NCBI GenBank assembly: GCA_905250115.1 | Contig: CAJNOI010000010.1 | Span: 402,938-436,667, forward strand | Source of the DNA: Adineta steineri | Taxonomy: Eukaryota | DNA: 33,730 nucleotides | Direction: 5' to 3' | Shown: piece after piece, positions 1-11,708 of the stretch | Numbering within the stretch: position 1 is the stretch's first letter | Layout of the letters: every line of letters begins with the position of its first letter | Position numbers and translations under genes: made by a program | Notes under the pieces: generated by a model | The model's input: only the letters and a program-made list of their open reading frames with translations | What the model was told of the DNA's origin: nothing | Databases searched by the model: none

Positions 1-2216
1 GATTTTTCTAATGTCAAGTGTACGGTATTGATGAGAAGGAAAAAAGAAGAGAGAGAGGTGATAGACATCAGTAGACTATTGAGAATATCGTTGTCAAATC
101 AATCGTTGTCTTTCCTACAATTAAATTAATGCATTCGAACACGATAAAGTATAAGTTGACTTTTATGTCAGATTCGATAAATGATTTTTTTTTGCATTTT
201 GTTCGTTCATTTCTTTTCGTTCTCTTGTCAAGTTAAAGTGAACATTTATGATAAAATATCAAAAGATTATTATGATTAGAATAAAAGATAAACTTAAATA
301 AGCCTACTTCATAAATTATATTTTAACATTAGATATAATCAAATTGTTAATGTAATACTCAATACGAGAGAGAGAAAGAGGTTATTTTATAATTGAAATC
401 TTATAGAAGCCGATTTATATTTGCATTTTATTTTGAAGCATAGAAGAAAAATCAAGGTTTTATTCTTTCGAGAAGTAAAAGCAAATTTTGAACAGCTTCA
501 CAAATCAATTATTCATACAAAGATGATGACAGTGAATATTTTCAATAAATTTTTCAGATATAAATATTTGTTATATTATCGTTTTTACTTAATATTAAAA
601 ATTCAATGTCAATCAGTACGAGTGTCTATGTCATTAGCTAAACGAGTCAATATTATTGAAGAAAAAAAAAGATTATTAGCCTCAATCAGTTTCAATATTT
701 ATAATGAAGTAATTATTGATTTTTTTTTGATGTGTGATGACAAAAAAAAAAGAAAAACGTCATTGACATTTTATGTGATAGTTTAAATTAAAGCATTTGT
801 CTTTTACCTGTTTCTAGTCTTTTTTAAATGCTATGTTAAAGTTCATATATATGTATTTAGGATTTTTCTTTTGTATTCAAATAATAAATGTTAATATTAA
901 AACTGAAAATACAAAAGACAAAGAGAATGTCTAATGACAAGTTTTATTTTAAATGAAAACAATTAAAATAAATGTTAAATGGATTGTATACTATTCCAAT
1001 ATGTTAAGATTGATTGCTAAAGGACATTTTGTTGTTAAGTATAATGTACTTCTTTCTTTTATGTCTAAAATAAAAGAAGGAGAGTTCGGGTCAAATATCA
1101 GTCAAAGGGATATTTATTTGCAAAATAGAAAAGAAATTTGATCGTTCGACAAACAAACTAACTTATTCATGCAAATTAATTTTTTTTAAATATGTTGAAT
1201 CGTATTCATATATATAAAAATCTATTTCTTGAATAATTAATTCATAAATAAAGAATTGAAACTGAAATTTTCATAGGTTTCTTTATGAAAATTTAAACCT
1301 TCGTAAAAATCATACGATATGTTGACGAAATATTGTTTTTGTTTTCAAAAGGATTTCGTTTTTTTTTTTATTCTTAAGACAATGAAAATTGATATGATTT
1401 ATCAAACATTCTTTATTTTACTAAAGATTTGGCTAACTCAACAGAGAATTTATTAAATATTTTCATAAAGTAATTGAAAAATCGATTTATACATAGGATT
1501 AATTGTGTTATAAGATATACAAATAATTGATGTGGATTTTTTATTACAATTTTCTATTCGTAATTTTAATATAGTTCTTTTGAAGGGCATTGAGTATTAT
1601 TTATTAATATTGTATACAGATGGCATTGTTTTATATACCCGTTGACGTTTGAAAAAAAAGTCAAGGTGCTTTTCTAATAAATTTGAATAATAACATGTTA
1701 TAACTACAATAGTACGTGATGGTCGGAATTATATTCTTCTGTTTCAAATATGTCATGATTTATTTTACAACTGATATCAATGTTATAGAGTTCAAATAAG
1801 AACTTAAAAATATACATCTGAATCTTGGACGATTCTATAAGATGAATTTAAATACATAAATCTATCTATGTGAATCAATGTATTTTATTTAGCACTCATA
1901 TTATTGATATGCACTATAGAAAATAGTTTTATCGAAATTTTACAACGTTAATATTAGTGATGATGTCCAAAAAGTCGCAAGGAGATAATGATTTATCTAA
2001 TTTTATGATCGATATCTACATCATCAAATGCATTCAGTCTTGTCCTAAAAAATATGAAATCACATTTGCTGTAGAACTATTATGACGATATTTCCTATAC
2101 AGAAAGTTCGTTGACTATAAAAAAAATCGATATCAGTTTAGACTTATAAGATAGATATTCTTTATTAAAGCCGAATAATTGAATCTGATATCTTATCTCT
2201 ATCAAACATCTGTTTC

Positions 2217-2237
2217 TATATATATATATATATATAT
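2217..2237. repeat. (TA)n microsatellite.
   Basis: A direct read shows ctatatatatatatatatatatc. Confidence 0.9.
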
Positions 2238-2872
2238 CATGATTTACTTTTAAAATATAATTCAGTAAAAGTCAAACATAATTAATTTAATCATTAGTAA
2301 ATAATCTATATGATAATTTCAAAAGTCTTCTTTTTCTTTAATATAATGGTACTACGTCTTTCAATATGATGCAAAAGAAACCCATTATATAAAGAAAAAG
2401 ACGAGCATAAAAGAAACGCCCCACATTGATAACGGAGAAAAAAAACGCTTGAATCATTTCCTTCGATTTATTATTAAACAGATAACAGCTTGAGTTTTCT
2501 CATTTTGTTTTCTTCAAATCAATCATCTTAGAAAATATTTAACAGAAGTAAAACTATATATTCTATTAAAACTTGAACTACAATATTTTTTAGTAACTTT
2601 TGTATCGTTAATTTATGCGCAATTTAATAGATAGAATCTGTGTAAATTTGGTCACATTTTCTATTGAGCTATGCTCTCTGTAATAGTTTGGAATGGATTA
2701 ACATCTCTTTTAGTTTATTCATTTACATTTTGTTGTGTGTCTTATTCATATACAAAACAAAAAATTACTCCTACTTGTCTTCTATTGATAAGAAACGAAG
2801 AAAAAAAAGAGCATAAGATAATAAATTCTTCAACAAGTCATAAACCAAAACAAAGGAAGTGAGCATATATCA

Positions 2873-5800
2873 ATGAATGGACCAAGACAACGTATAATTC
2901 CAAATCATCAACATCCATCATCACCTAAATCACCAAATGAAAATTTAAGTCAATTTTCAAAACTTTTTTCTAGTGATGAAGGTTATCGAATATTAAACAC
3001 AGTTTCAAGTGAAGAATATAAACTTCTTCAAGATACAAAAAAAATTCTTGAAGAAAAAGTCAATTTAGATAAACAATATGCTGAAAATCTTCAACAATTA
3101 ACAGCAAAAGCTGATCGTATTGCGTGGCCAACAGAGCCACATTTAATTGCATCTGTAAAATAGAAAATATTGTAAATGATTTATTTATTTCTATTGTAAT
3201 AGACTTGTCGTGAAATTTTAATGCAATGGTCTCGTCAAGCAACAACAATTGATTCAAATGCTGATAAATTTCGAAATTTAGCACTCGATGATTTAATAAA
3301 AAATCTTCTTGAATATAAATCGGATTCAAAAAAATTTCTTGCAGATCAAAAACGTCAATATGACTTAGAACATCGAAAAGTCGAAAAAAAACATTTTTAT
3401 TATTGTTGTCTTTTATCTCGATTTATTTTTAGGCTGAAATCGATGTAGCTGAAGCTGAAAAACATTATTCAGATGAAGCAAAATCATTTGTGACAAAGAA
3501 TAATGAATTAACGAAAGCTGTTGCCAGTAAGTTTGATTCATAAGAAATCTAAGGAAAAAAAAATATTCATGTCAGAAATCAATGCAGTACCACAGTGATT
3601 GTCTATGCATTATTAAACAGATATATACTATTGTATAATTTCAAGATAATCTAGTGCTTATATAATAAAAACACATCATAGTACAATCTCGTGATTACTT
3701 TATTCACATTTAGGTGCTGGAATGAATGATGGTAATCGAATCAATAATATAAAACGTTCAGTTATTGAAAAACGAAATAATGTATATCAAGCTCATAATG
3801 AATATGTTCTTGCAGTACGACAATATAATTTTATTGATGAACAATATGTTCGTAAAGTACGGAGTTTACTTGCCTATCATGAAGAAATTAATTTGATTAT
3901 TAATCGACAATGGTTAGTTGAAAATATTTATATATAATTATATATGTATACATGTAAAATAGGTTAAGTTTATTAGAAGCTATAATGAATTATGATCGTC
4001 ATAATTCATTGACAAATAATGAATCTTGTTCGATTGATCCAAGTCATTGTTATGATAATATATGTCAAATACATTCAAAGTATGTATTAGATTTCATTTC
4101 TATTAAATTGAATTATTTTTTTATAGTATACCATTATTAACTACAAAACCTATTGTATTTAATACTTTATTACTTCAAATATCTGGTTTAACAAATCTCA
4201 AAGAAAATCAAATTATTGTTGATGATACAACAATAAATGATTCAACAATTAATTCATTAGATAAAAAGTATTAAAATAAACAAATGTTCATTTATAAATT
4301 AATTTTTTTGTAGAATTCAAATGTTAACCGAAAGTGTAAATAGAAATAATAATGAATCATCAACTATTCTTCAACTTATAAATCAATTTCGACCTAAAGA
4401 AACGTTGATTATAATTAATTCTTAGTTTATTTCGAATAAAATATTTCTTTTATTTAATAGAACTTATTATGGACGAAAAAGTTTATTTGAACAAGAACAA
4501 CAAGCAGAAAATTTACAAATGAAAATGGCATGGGAAGAAACATTAAAAAATGATCTAGATGATGTATTAGAAGATTGTGGATTTATACGTGATAATTTAC
4601 CTTATCAAGAAGCTCAAGCTAGTGTAAGAATAAGATTTCAACTATTAAAAATCAATCTTTTGATTTAGTTATCAGATAAACTTGAAGATCAAATGTATTT
4701 TCATGGTATTATGCCACGTGCTCAAAGTGTTACTCTTTTTACTGAACGTGGAGATTATTTAGTTCGTAAGAATCATGAAGGTAAAATCGTTTTATCGATT
4801 TTTTGGATTGATCCAACAGATACAAATAAATTAAAAGATGGACATTTTTTTATTTATGAAAAAAATAATGTACGTAAATAACAAAATGATTTTTATTCTT
4901 ACTTTCATATTTTATTAGATGTATTATTTTCAAGAAAATAGTGTTATGAAACCTACAGTTTCAAAATTAATTACATATTATACACGACAAAAATTAGAAT
5001 TACGAAATGATGGAACACGATTAATACGACCAATAGAAAGACCAGATTATATTATTAATGATAGTGATATTATACTTTCTAATTCATCATTAGGCTCAGT
5101 AAGATAAAAGACAATTTAAAAATCGAAATTTACCTTTTTATGAAGGGGTAATAAATAGTTTTTGTAATACTGAAAATAGAAAATCATAATTCGAATAATT
5201 ATAAATGTTTTTTGTTGATATTTTTCTTTTACAAGGGTCATTTTGGCGAAGTAACTCGTGGTGAATATTGTGGTACTCCCGTTGCTGTCAAATTACTTCG
5301 TTCAATAAATGGCCCATTACGTCCAGAAGATCGACAAAATTTTATTAATGAAGCTCTTCTACTCAAACGTTTTAAACATAAAAGAATTGTTCAGTTTATT
5401 GGTATTGCTGCATATCGTGAGCCACTTATGATTGTTATGGAACTTGTTGAACGTAATATCAAATAGCTTAATCTATCTATCTATATATATATTGTCTTTT
5501 ATAGAAGGAAGTTTGAGTAATTATTTAAAAGCAAATGAATTACGTGTATCACAATTAACTCAAATGTGCTATGAAATAGCTAAAGGAATGGCTTATTTAG
5601 AAAGTTGTAATGTCATTCATCGGTATTGTAATTGATGAAAATGAAATTTTTTTTATTATAAAATCGTATTCTTAGAGATTTAGCAGCTCGAAATTGTCTC
5701 GTTGATAAAAATGGACGAATTAAAGTTGCTGATTTTGGTCTTTCACGTTGTCTTCAAGAAGATGATGTATATTTTACTCAGATAAAAGAATTTCCTTTAC

Positions 5801-6176
5801 GTTGGTGGGCTGTAGAAGTTTTATCTAAAGGACCATATACAATTAAATCTGATGTTTGGTCCTATGGTATAACTATATGGGAAATCTTTTCTAAAGCAGC
5901 ATTACCATATGCACATTATCAACATAATCATTTTGTTATTGATGCTGTAAAACGAGGTAAGAATTGACTATGTTTTTATTATAACCAATTTTTTTTGATA
6001 ATTTAGGTGAACGTCTTAAACGTCCAGATAAATGTCCAGCAAATATCTATGCAATAATGTCTAATTGTTGGCTTTTAACTCCAAAAGATCGAGCCAGTTT
6101 TAAAGAGATTGTTGAAATTTTACGAAAAGAAAAATCTATTTTACCAAAATTTCCATTTTTCAATTCATTAAGATAA
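2873..6176 (+). CDS. FES/FER-like: Fes/Fer-family non-receptor tyrosine kinase with F-BAR, SH2 and kinase domains. It is multi-exon, about 809 aa.
   Basis: Hand-spliced exons: 2873-3154, 3203-3379, 3433-3526, 3714-3912, 3963-4079, 4127-4267, 4314-4403, 4461-4623, 4669-4869, 4919-5098, 5236-5452, 5505-5622, 5676-5956 and 6007-6176. They sum to 2430 nt, which is 810 codons. The N-terminus (FSSDEGYRIL...LQDTKKILEEKVNLDKQYAENL) resembles the Fes/Fer F-BAR start. The SH2 exon reads YFHGIMPRAQSVTLFTERGDYLVRKNHEGKIVLSIFW. Kinase motifs present are the G-loop GSGHFGEV, VAVK, MELVEQGSL, HRDLAARNCLV, VADFGLSR and PLRWWAVEVL...SDVWSYGITIWE. Donors are mostly GTAAGT, GTATGT or GTAAGA. Two micro-introns use weak donors, GTCGAA at 3380 and GTTGAT at 4404. 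Confidence 0.85.
4669..4869 (+). CDS. FES/FER-like: SH2-domain exon of the Fes/Fer kinase.
   Basis: Translation is LSDKLEDQMYFHGIMPRAQSVTLFTERGDYLVRKNHEGKIVLSIFWIDPTDTNKLKDGHFFIYEKNN. This matches the SH2 consensus (W/Y-Y/F-HG, then the FLVR-like motif YLVRK). The exon is bounded by an ..ttag acceptor and a GTACGT donor. Confidence 0.85.
5236..6176 (+). CDS. FES/FER-like: Tyrosine kinase catalytic domain, carried on four exons of the Fes/Fer gene.
   Basis: Exons are 5236-5452, 5505-5622, 5676-5956 and 6007-6176. The HRDLAARN motif is split across the second and third of these exons: ..VIHR is contributed by 5505-5622 and DLAARNCLV by 5676-5956. The C-terminus (AVKRGERLKRPDKCPANIYAIMSNCWLLTPKDRASFKEI) is typical of the Fes/Fer kinase C-lobe. 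The stop codon TAA is at 6174-6176. Confidence 0.85.
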
Positions 6177-6194
6177 AATATATATGTAAGAAAT

Positions 6195-6212
6195 TTTCAT
6201 TTTTTCTAGATA
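6195..6212 (+). promoter_or_regulatory. Candidate 3' splice acceptor (attttcattttttctag) immediately upstream of the GCHFR ATG. It could be an SL trans-splice site.
   Basis: A polypyrimidine tract followed by AG lies at 6208-6209, 4 nt before the ATG at 6213. The Fes stop codon ends at 6176, so the two coding regions are only 36 nt apart on the same strand. Confidence 0.3.
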
Positions 6213-6872
6213 ATGCCACATATACTTGTTAGTACAAGAATTCGTCTAGAATCAGGTCCGACTATTCTCGGTGATGAACAAACAGATCCTGAACTGATGG
6301 CTTATTTAGGTGCACAACTTTTTCATGAAAAATGTAACAATTAGTAAGTTAATCGAAAAATTATGTTGAATAAGAAAATATTTTTCTATTTTTTCCTTCA
6401 TTATATATTTAAATAACTTTCTATCTTTTGTTCGATGATAAAAACAAATCATTATTCATAACATGAACGCCTAGAGGCATCATTATAAATTTTAATAAAT
6501 GAATATTTATTATTATTGTGATAATATCGCTCTTGTATTAATACTGTTTTATCGTTTTGTTATAGCTTTAAAAATCATTTAATGGTTTTTCAAAGAGTCA
6601 CTTGAGAGTGCAACAAATCTTTTCAAAATCGGGTATTTTATATGATCACATATTAAATTTATGAGAGTATATTTGTATCCTACAACGAACATCATTCATT
6701 AGTCTTTTGTATGACTGAAAACTAAATATGTTTATCTGTATATTTTAGTTCTGAATATCGTACAGATGATTGTGTACGTATTGTCCTTGACAAACTTGAA
6801 ATACTTGGTTATCGTGTTATGTCAATGACAGGCATTGGACAAACATGTATTTGGCTTTTACATAAAGATTAA
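6213..6872 (+). CDS. GCHFR: GTP cyclohydrolase I feedback regulatory protein (GFRP), 84 aa, two exons.
   Basis: Exon 1 is 6213-6343, with a GTAAGT donor at 6344. Exon 2 is 6749-6872, after a tattttag acceptor. The translation is MPHILVSTRIRLESGPTILGDEQTDPELMAYLGAQLFHEKCNNYSEYRTDDCVRIVLDKLEILGYRVMSMTGIGQTCIWLLHKD. It aligns along its full length with vertebrate GFRP (MPYLLISTQIRMEVGPTMVGDEQSDPELM...RIVLDKLE..G(F/Y)RVLSMTGVGQT..W.LHK). The total is 255 nt, which is 85 codons. The family assignment is from memory of the GFRP sequence. Confidence 0.85.
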
Positions 6873-7390
6873 TCTAATCATTTTCATGTATCTCATTTAA
6901 CATTTTCCTTTTATGTTGTTAATGTGTATGCATAGAATCTAGTCGATATTGTTTGTTTTTTTTTCGAACTTCTGTACTGTATTTGAGCGAAAAAGAAGTG
7001 AATAGAGGAGCAAAGAAAAACGAAATAAAGATAACCAATCAACGCACACAAACAAAAAAAGAAGAGAGAGAGAGCACGAGTCTAAACAAACAATGCACAC
7101 ACACAAGTAAAATCAACAGACATACACAAGCAATGCGGGAAGAAAACTAAATAAAGTAATCCATTCACACGTATTTTTTATTCTTTCTTTTCTTGCTCAT
7201 ATGTCGAGTTTTTTTCAAAAATAGAGAGAAAAAGAAAGTTATGTAAAAACAACGAAAAAAAAACAAATGCATTTTGTGTGCAGGTTTCTGTTTATATTTT
7301 GTTCGCTCATACATGGAAAAAAAAAGTTTTTCTTTTTTATGTCTCCTAATAAAGTTAAATATGTTTTATTTTAGTTCTCTCATAAATCTC

Positions 7391-7419
7391 TATATATATA
7401 TTTATATATATATATATAT
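7391..7419. repeat. Interrupted (TA)n microsatellite in the LIS1 3' flank, between the convergent GCHFR and LIS1 3' ends.
   Basis: A direct read shows tatatatatatttatatatatatatatat. Confidence 0.85.
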
Positions 7420-7629
7420 GCGTATATGTGACTAAAGAAGAAGAAAAACGATATTGCATTAATAGCATATACATACGAAAGAACAAGAAAATAAATAATA
7501 GAAGACATTTCCATCACACAAGTAAAGGAATACAAATCGATAAGGATGAAAGTTGGAAAGAAAAGGATATAATTTGGCTGAGTTTGTTTTCTTTTTCTGT
7601 GATTATTGTTCTTGTTGAAAAAGAATATA

Positions 7630-9470
7630 TTAACGACATTCCCACACTTTAACTGATGTATCAACACTACCCGTAATCACAAAAGGTTTATTTCGATGCA
7701 TATCTAGAATAAATAAATAAAATAAATTTCAAAAAAGATTGCTTTGCTTACCAAGTGAAGTACAAAAATGAGTATGAGCATCAATTGTTTTTGTATTTCG
7801 TTTATTTTTAATATCCCATACACGTAATGTTTTATCATCAGAACAACTCAATAGATATTTTCCACCTGGATGAAAAAGAAGACCACGAACCCAATTATCA
7901 TGGCCAGTCTAAAATAAACATAATTTTTTTGGAAATTTTTTATTATATTATATATAATTTACTAGTGTAAATAAGCATAGACCATTAATTGCGTCCCACA
8001 TTCGGATTGTCTTGTCACGTGCACCGGATACAAGATAAGGACCGGATCGTTTTTGTGTCTAATAAAAAAAAATTGAATTATTCATTTTGTTTGTTTTTTA
8101 TTGAAATAAATAATAACCTCAGTTCCACCATTAGAAACCGTTTCGGATATATGTGGTCCAGCCGAATCCGGTGCCCAAGCGATACATTCAATTACATTGT
8201 CATGACCACGTAATTCACTTTTACACTCACCACTTGGTAACGACCAAATACGTACAGTCTAGCAATTTTAAAATTAATAGTCTATCATGAAAAAACAAAA
8301 CTTCAATCAACATACATGATCGACTGAACAACTGGCAATTAATGTACCATCTTGATAAACACGTATCATACGTACCCATTCTCGATGTCCAACAAGAGTT
8401 TTTATACAAAATCTATAACAAAAATTCATTATTTTAATTATTATTATTTCTTATGAAATTCTAAACTTACGTTGTTGATACCTCCCATATCTTAATTGTT
8501 TTATCACGACTACATGATATAATATGATCACCACTTGGTGTAAATGTTACCGAAGATACATTATGATCATGACCTTAAAATTCAAAAGCAAATATCAAAT
8601 TTTTTGAAATTAATTGAATTTATTTCTTTATTTCATTACCATGCATTGTTTTTATACATTGATATGTTTGAAAATCCCATAAACGTACACTCATATCGGC
8701 AGAACATGATACTAAAAGAATAGATTTTGAATAATATTCTTTTTAAAGAAAAATTTACCAAGCCATTTGCCTGTATGATCAAAGGCAATATCTTGCACCG
8801 GTGCTGTATGGCCTTTTAATGTTCGTTCATGTTCTCCAGATTCATAATCCCAAATCTATTATTAATAAACCATAAAAAAATAGAATATTTAATCTAAAGG
8901 ATATATATACTTTAATTGTTGCATCTTCACTCGCTGATGCACAAATATCGAAAATTGGATGAAAGACAACACGTGTCACCGTATCCCGATGACCTTTTAG
9001 TTCAAATTTTTCAGGTGGTCGTGGTACCCATTCTCCAGGTTGTCGTTTTTCTCGAGTAGGTCCACCAGTTGTTGCTTCTTGTAGAGCTTCTTGTAACTTT
9101 GTTTCAAGATCCATGACCTATGTCAAAAGAAAAAACATCAATCGAAAAATTCTTTTTGTTTTTTTTTACTTTTTTCTGTAGTCGTATAACTGACGTCCAT
9201 TTTTTCTCCAATTGATCTTTTCTTTCGGCACTTTCATTTGAGGACTAAAAACAAAATAAATTTTCTATGAAAAAAAATAAAATAAACAAAAATTTTTTTC
9301 ATACTAAATTAGCTTCTTTACAAAATTCTTTAAATGATATCGTATAACCATTTGTCGCTAGATAATCAGCTATAGCTTGATTACTAAAATTAATATTGTA
9401 AGAAAAAGAAAAATTTTAGAATTAAAATCGATTCTTACAGTTCATTTTTTTGTTTTTCAGAAAGAACCAT
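7630..9470 (-). CDS. PAFAH1B1 (LIS1): LIS1 / platelet-activating factor acetylhydrolase IB alpha subunit (LisH, coiled coil, then seven WD40 repeats). It has 12 exons and 409 aa.
   Basis: Exons on the minus strand, in plus coordinates, are 9439-9470, 9305-9383, 9170-9244, 8911-9117, 8759-8855, 8640-8711, 8471-8573, 8316-8412, 8118-8258, 7963-8058, 7752-7908 and 7630-7703. They sum to 1230 nt, which is 410 codons. The translation begins [11 protein letters not shown] / [26 protein letters not shown] / [25 protein letters not shown] / [52 protein letters not shown] / [32 protein letters not shown]. It is near-colinear with human LIS1, including the ...[15 protein letters not shown]-terminus. 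Confidence 0.92.
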
Positions 9471-9704
9471 GATGAGTAGTGACACATAGGCACTTGATGT
9501 GTAATATAATCGTTAAGGAATTATATTTAAGACATGACCTTAATACTTCGATAAGATATTGTCATCATCTACAGAACAAAAAATGCAAACTATTGTTAGT
9601 AACATGATTATGTAATCATTATAACATGTCTTTAACTGCTTTTTTTTTCTTTATTTATTCCCATTAACTACAGTGTGTAAGTAATAAAGTAATTACAGCA
9701 AAAA

Positions 9705-9736
9705 GAAAGAGAAGAGAAGAGAAGAGAAGAGAAGAA
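9705..9736. repeat. (GAAGA)n microsatellite, about 6 units, roughly 250 bp upstream of the LIS1 start codon.
   Basis: A direct read shows aaagagaagagaagagaagagaagagaagaa. Confidence 0.9.
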
Positions 9737-9851
9737 ATTTCAGACAGTAATATACAAATATAAAATAATGAGAAAAGTTATTGTAGATATAATCACTGTT
9801 TAATAGAAGAGAGATTCTGAAAAGAAAAAAGAGTAAAAGAAGAATACTTGT

Positions 9852-10973
9852 TCATACTACAATAACATTCTGTTCGGAATATTCTGGTGGTGGTTCATCA
9901 TTTGTAGGTATTGTTGATACCGTAGCTGGTAATGAACGTTCGATAAATAATGGTTCTTCACGTCGTGACCAATCATCCATTAATCTAAATAAATATCAAA
10001 CAAAAAAATGACATTAAATCTGTTTTTTTTATAGAATTTACCTATCTAAATGTTCTTCTTCAGCTGTTGGATATCGTCTTAAAAGTGCAAAAGCAGATGC
10101 TAATAATGAAAGTCCACTTGAAATCACAACTAGATAATAAGCAACATCAAATTGTACTTCGACTTTTTTTCCAATTTTTGAACGATTTTTATCCTGAATA
10201 TCATAGATTAATTCAGATGCCCAGAAACATAAACCGGTTACTACTGTACAAAGAAGAACTAAACAAAAAAAAGATTTGATCAGACAAAAAAACTTTTATT
10301 AGTTTATTAAACCTGATAATATATGCCAAAAAGCATGACGTCTCATAAATTTCAAACCAAATTTCATAGGTCCAAGAGCATCTAATAAAAATCCGATAGT
10401 CGAAGAAAATATCGCTAAACAGATTAATGTTATAATTAAACGAAGTATTAATATTGAGTGCGTATCTACACAACCGATTAATTCTATAATGAAAGCAAAA
10501 TTAAATCAATCTTATTCAAATTACAAATATATATATATACCCATATAATCGTTAGGTTTAAATTGATAAATTTCATTAACTTGTGCTTGTGGATCCCATG
10601 GTACAGGTACTCGTATAACAAATAATTTTCCAACAGCAAAAAACATACTTAAACCAATATATTTGGAATTACATAGACCACCATTTAACCAGAACCAACG
10701 ATAATCCGATAAACTAACAGCTAATGCAGCTATAGCAAACATACTGCATGATGCTGATGCATAGTTTCGTTCATATCGTTTAAATATTGATGGTGATGAA
10801 CGAATTCTTGTTGTTACTGGTTGTGAAACAAGATTTTGTTCATCCGATGTTGATTGTTCATCAATATTAATTTCATCTTCTGCATTTACAAGTGGCTGAG
10901 ATCGATGATTATTCGTATTTGTTGTTGATAAACGAGAAAAAAAACGTGATAGAAAACGATTATTAGGTGACAT
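9852..10973 (-). CDS. Four-transmembrane (tetraspan) membrane protein of 317 aa with a Ser/Thr-rich N-terminal tail and a C-terminal PPPEY motif. The family is uncertain; it is LHFPL-, claudin- or PMP22-like.
   Basis: Exons on the minus strand are 10541-10973, 10313-10483, 10042-10258 and 9852-9984. They sum to 954 nt, which is 318 codons. There are four hydrophobic helices: CSMFAIAALAVSLSDYRWFWL, ILILRLIITLICLAIFSSTIGFLL, LVLLCTVVTGLCFWASELIY and VAYYLVVISSGLSLLASAFALL. A conserved-looking extracellular loop reads WL.GGLC...G. The C-terminus ends ...TNDEPPPEYSEQNVIVV*. The family name is a guess from topology and is not a recognised alignment. Confidence 0.6.
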
Positions 10974-11708
10974 GATAGTTTTTTCTTGTTTGATATTAAT
11001 AGATCATAGTAAAATTTTCTTATATAATAATAGACACGAAGAAATATTTATGTAAAGATCTTAAAAAAATGAAAAAAAAGAAAATATTTGTTTATTTCTT
11101 TAAGTGACAGAACAGAATATATCGTTGCATGTGTTAACTCCATTGTAAACTTTATGTGTATCTTTATGTACCCTCATTTTGATTGATTCCTTTTCTTATC
11201 AATCATTTTTATTGGAGGATTCAAGTGGATGTCCTTGATTGAAGGAAATAGTAGACCATTCATATTACATGATATTTATTTATTTAATTAACTATTGGTT
11301 AAAAACTATCCATCAGAGATCTTTTACTATCATAGATGGCAGTAGCATATGATATTATATATAGGATTTTGAAAACATATTTATGAATAACTTGTGATAA
11401 GAAAAAACTATCAGGTGACTTATATCCATTAATGAACGTAAGGTCGAATGAATACTTGTGTATGATCTGCTTTTTTTTCTTCACTGTACACATGTCATTT
11501 ATAAAGAAGAAAAATCGATTGTAGGATAAAAAAAAGAAAAGGTAAATTTATGGGGTGTATAGAAATGAGCAAGGTAAATGTAGGAGATAATATCTTTGAC
11601 GAACAGATGTACAAACATAATACTGACAGTTAGCAAATCACTTGTTGTTTTTTTTATAATTTTGTCTACGCTTCATCTCTCACACAATATTTATCAAGTT
11701 TTTAACTA
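10974..11708. promoter_or_regulatory. Divergent, presumably bidirectional, promoter interval between the tetraspan gene on the minus strand and the Kir gene on the plus strand.
   Basis: The start codons lie at 10973 (minus) and 11709 (plus), separated by about 735 bp of AT-rich non-coding sequence. Confidence 0.35.

Noticed and set aside
421-1141. ORFs 421-786 (121 aa) and 953-1141 upstream of Fes.
   Set aside because: They are low-complexity, Lys/Ile/Phe/Tyr-rich translations of AT-rich DNA. There are no recognisable domains and no splice-consistent continuation. I treated them as chance ORFs in the Fes 5' flank.
3060-3329. Minus-strand ORF 3060-3329 overlapping Fes exons 1 and 2.
   Set aside because: It is antisense to well-supported F-BAR coding exons. 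The translation is low-complexity and typical of the reverse frame of AT-rich coding sequence.
7380-7667. ORFs 7380-7667 (minus) and 7428-7652 (plus) overlapping the LIS1 stop region.
   Set aside because: They overlap the LIS1 3' end and UTR and a (TA)n microsatellite. The translations are poly-F/Y/I low complexity and there is no homology.
10067-10473. ORFs 10067-10279 (plus) and 10213-10473 (minus) inside the tetraspan gene.
   Set aside because: These are alternative frames of the tetraspan exons. The frame I used gives four coherent TM helices and a phase-consistent 318-codon model. The track ORFs are off-frame and low-complexity.
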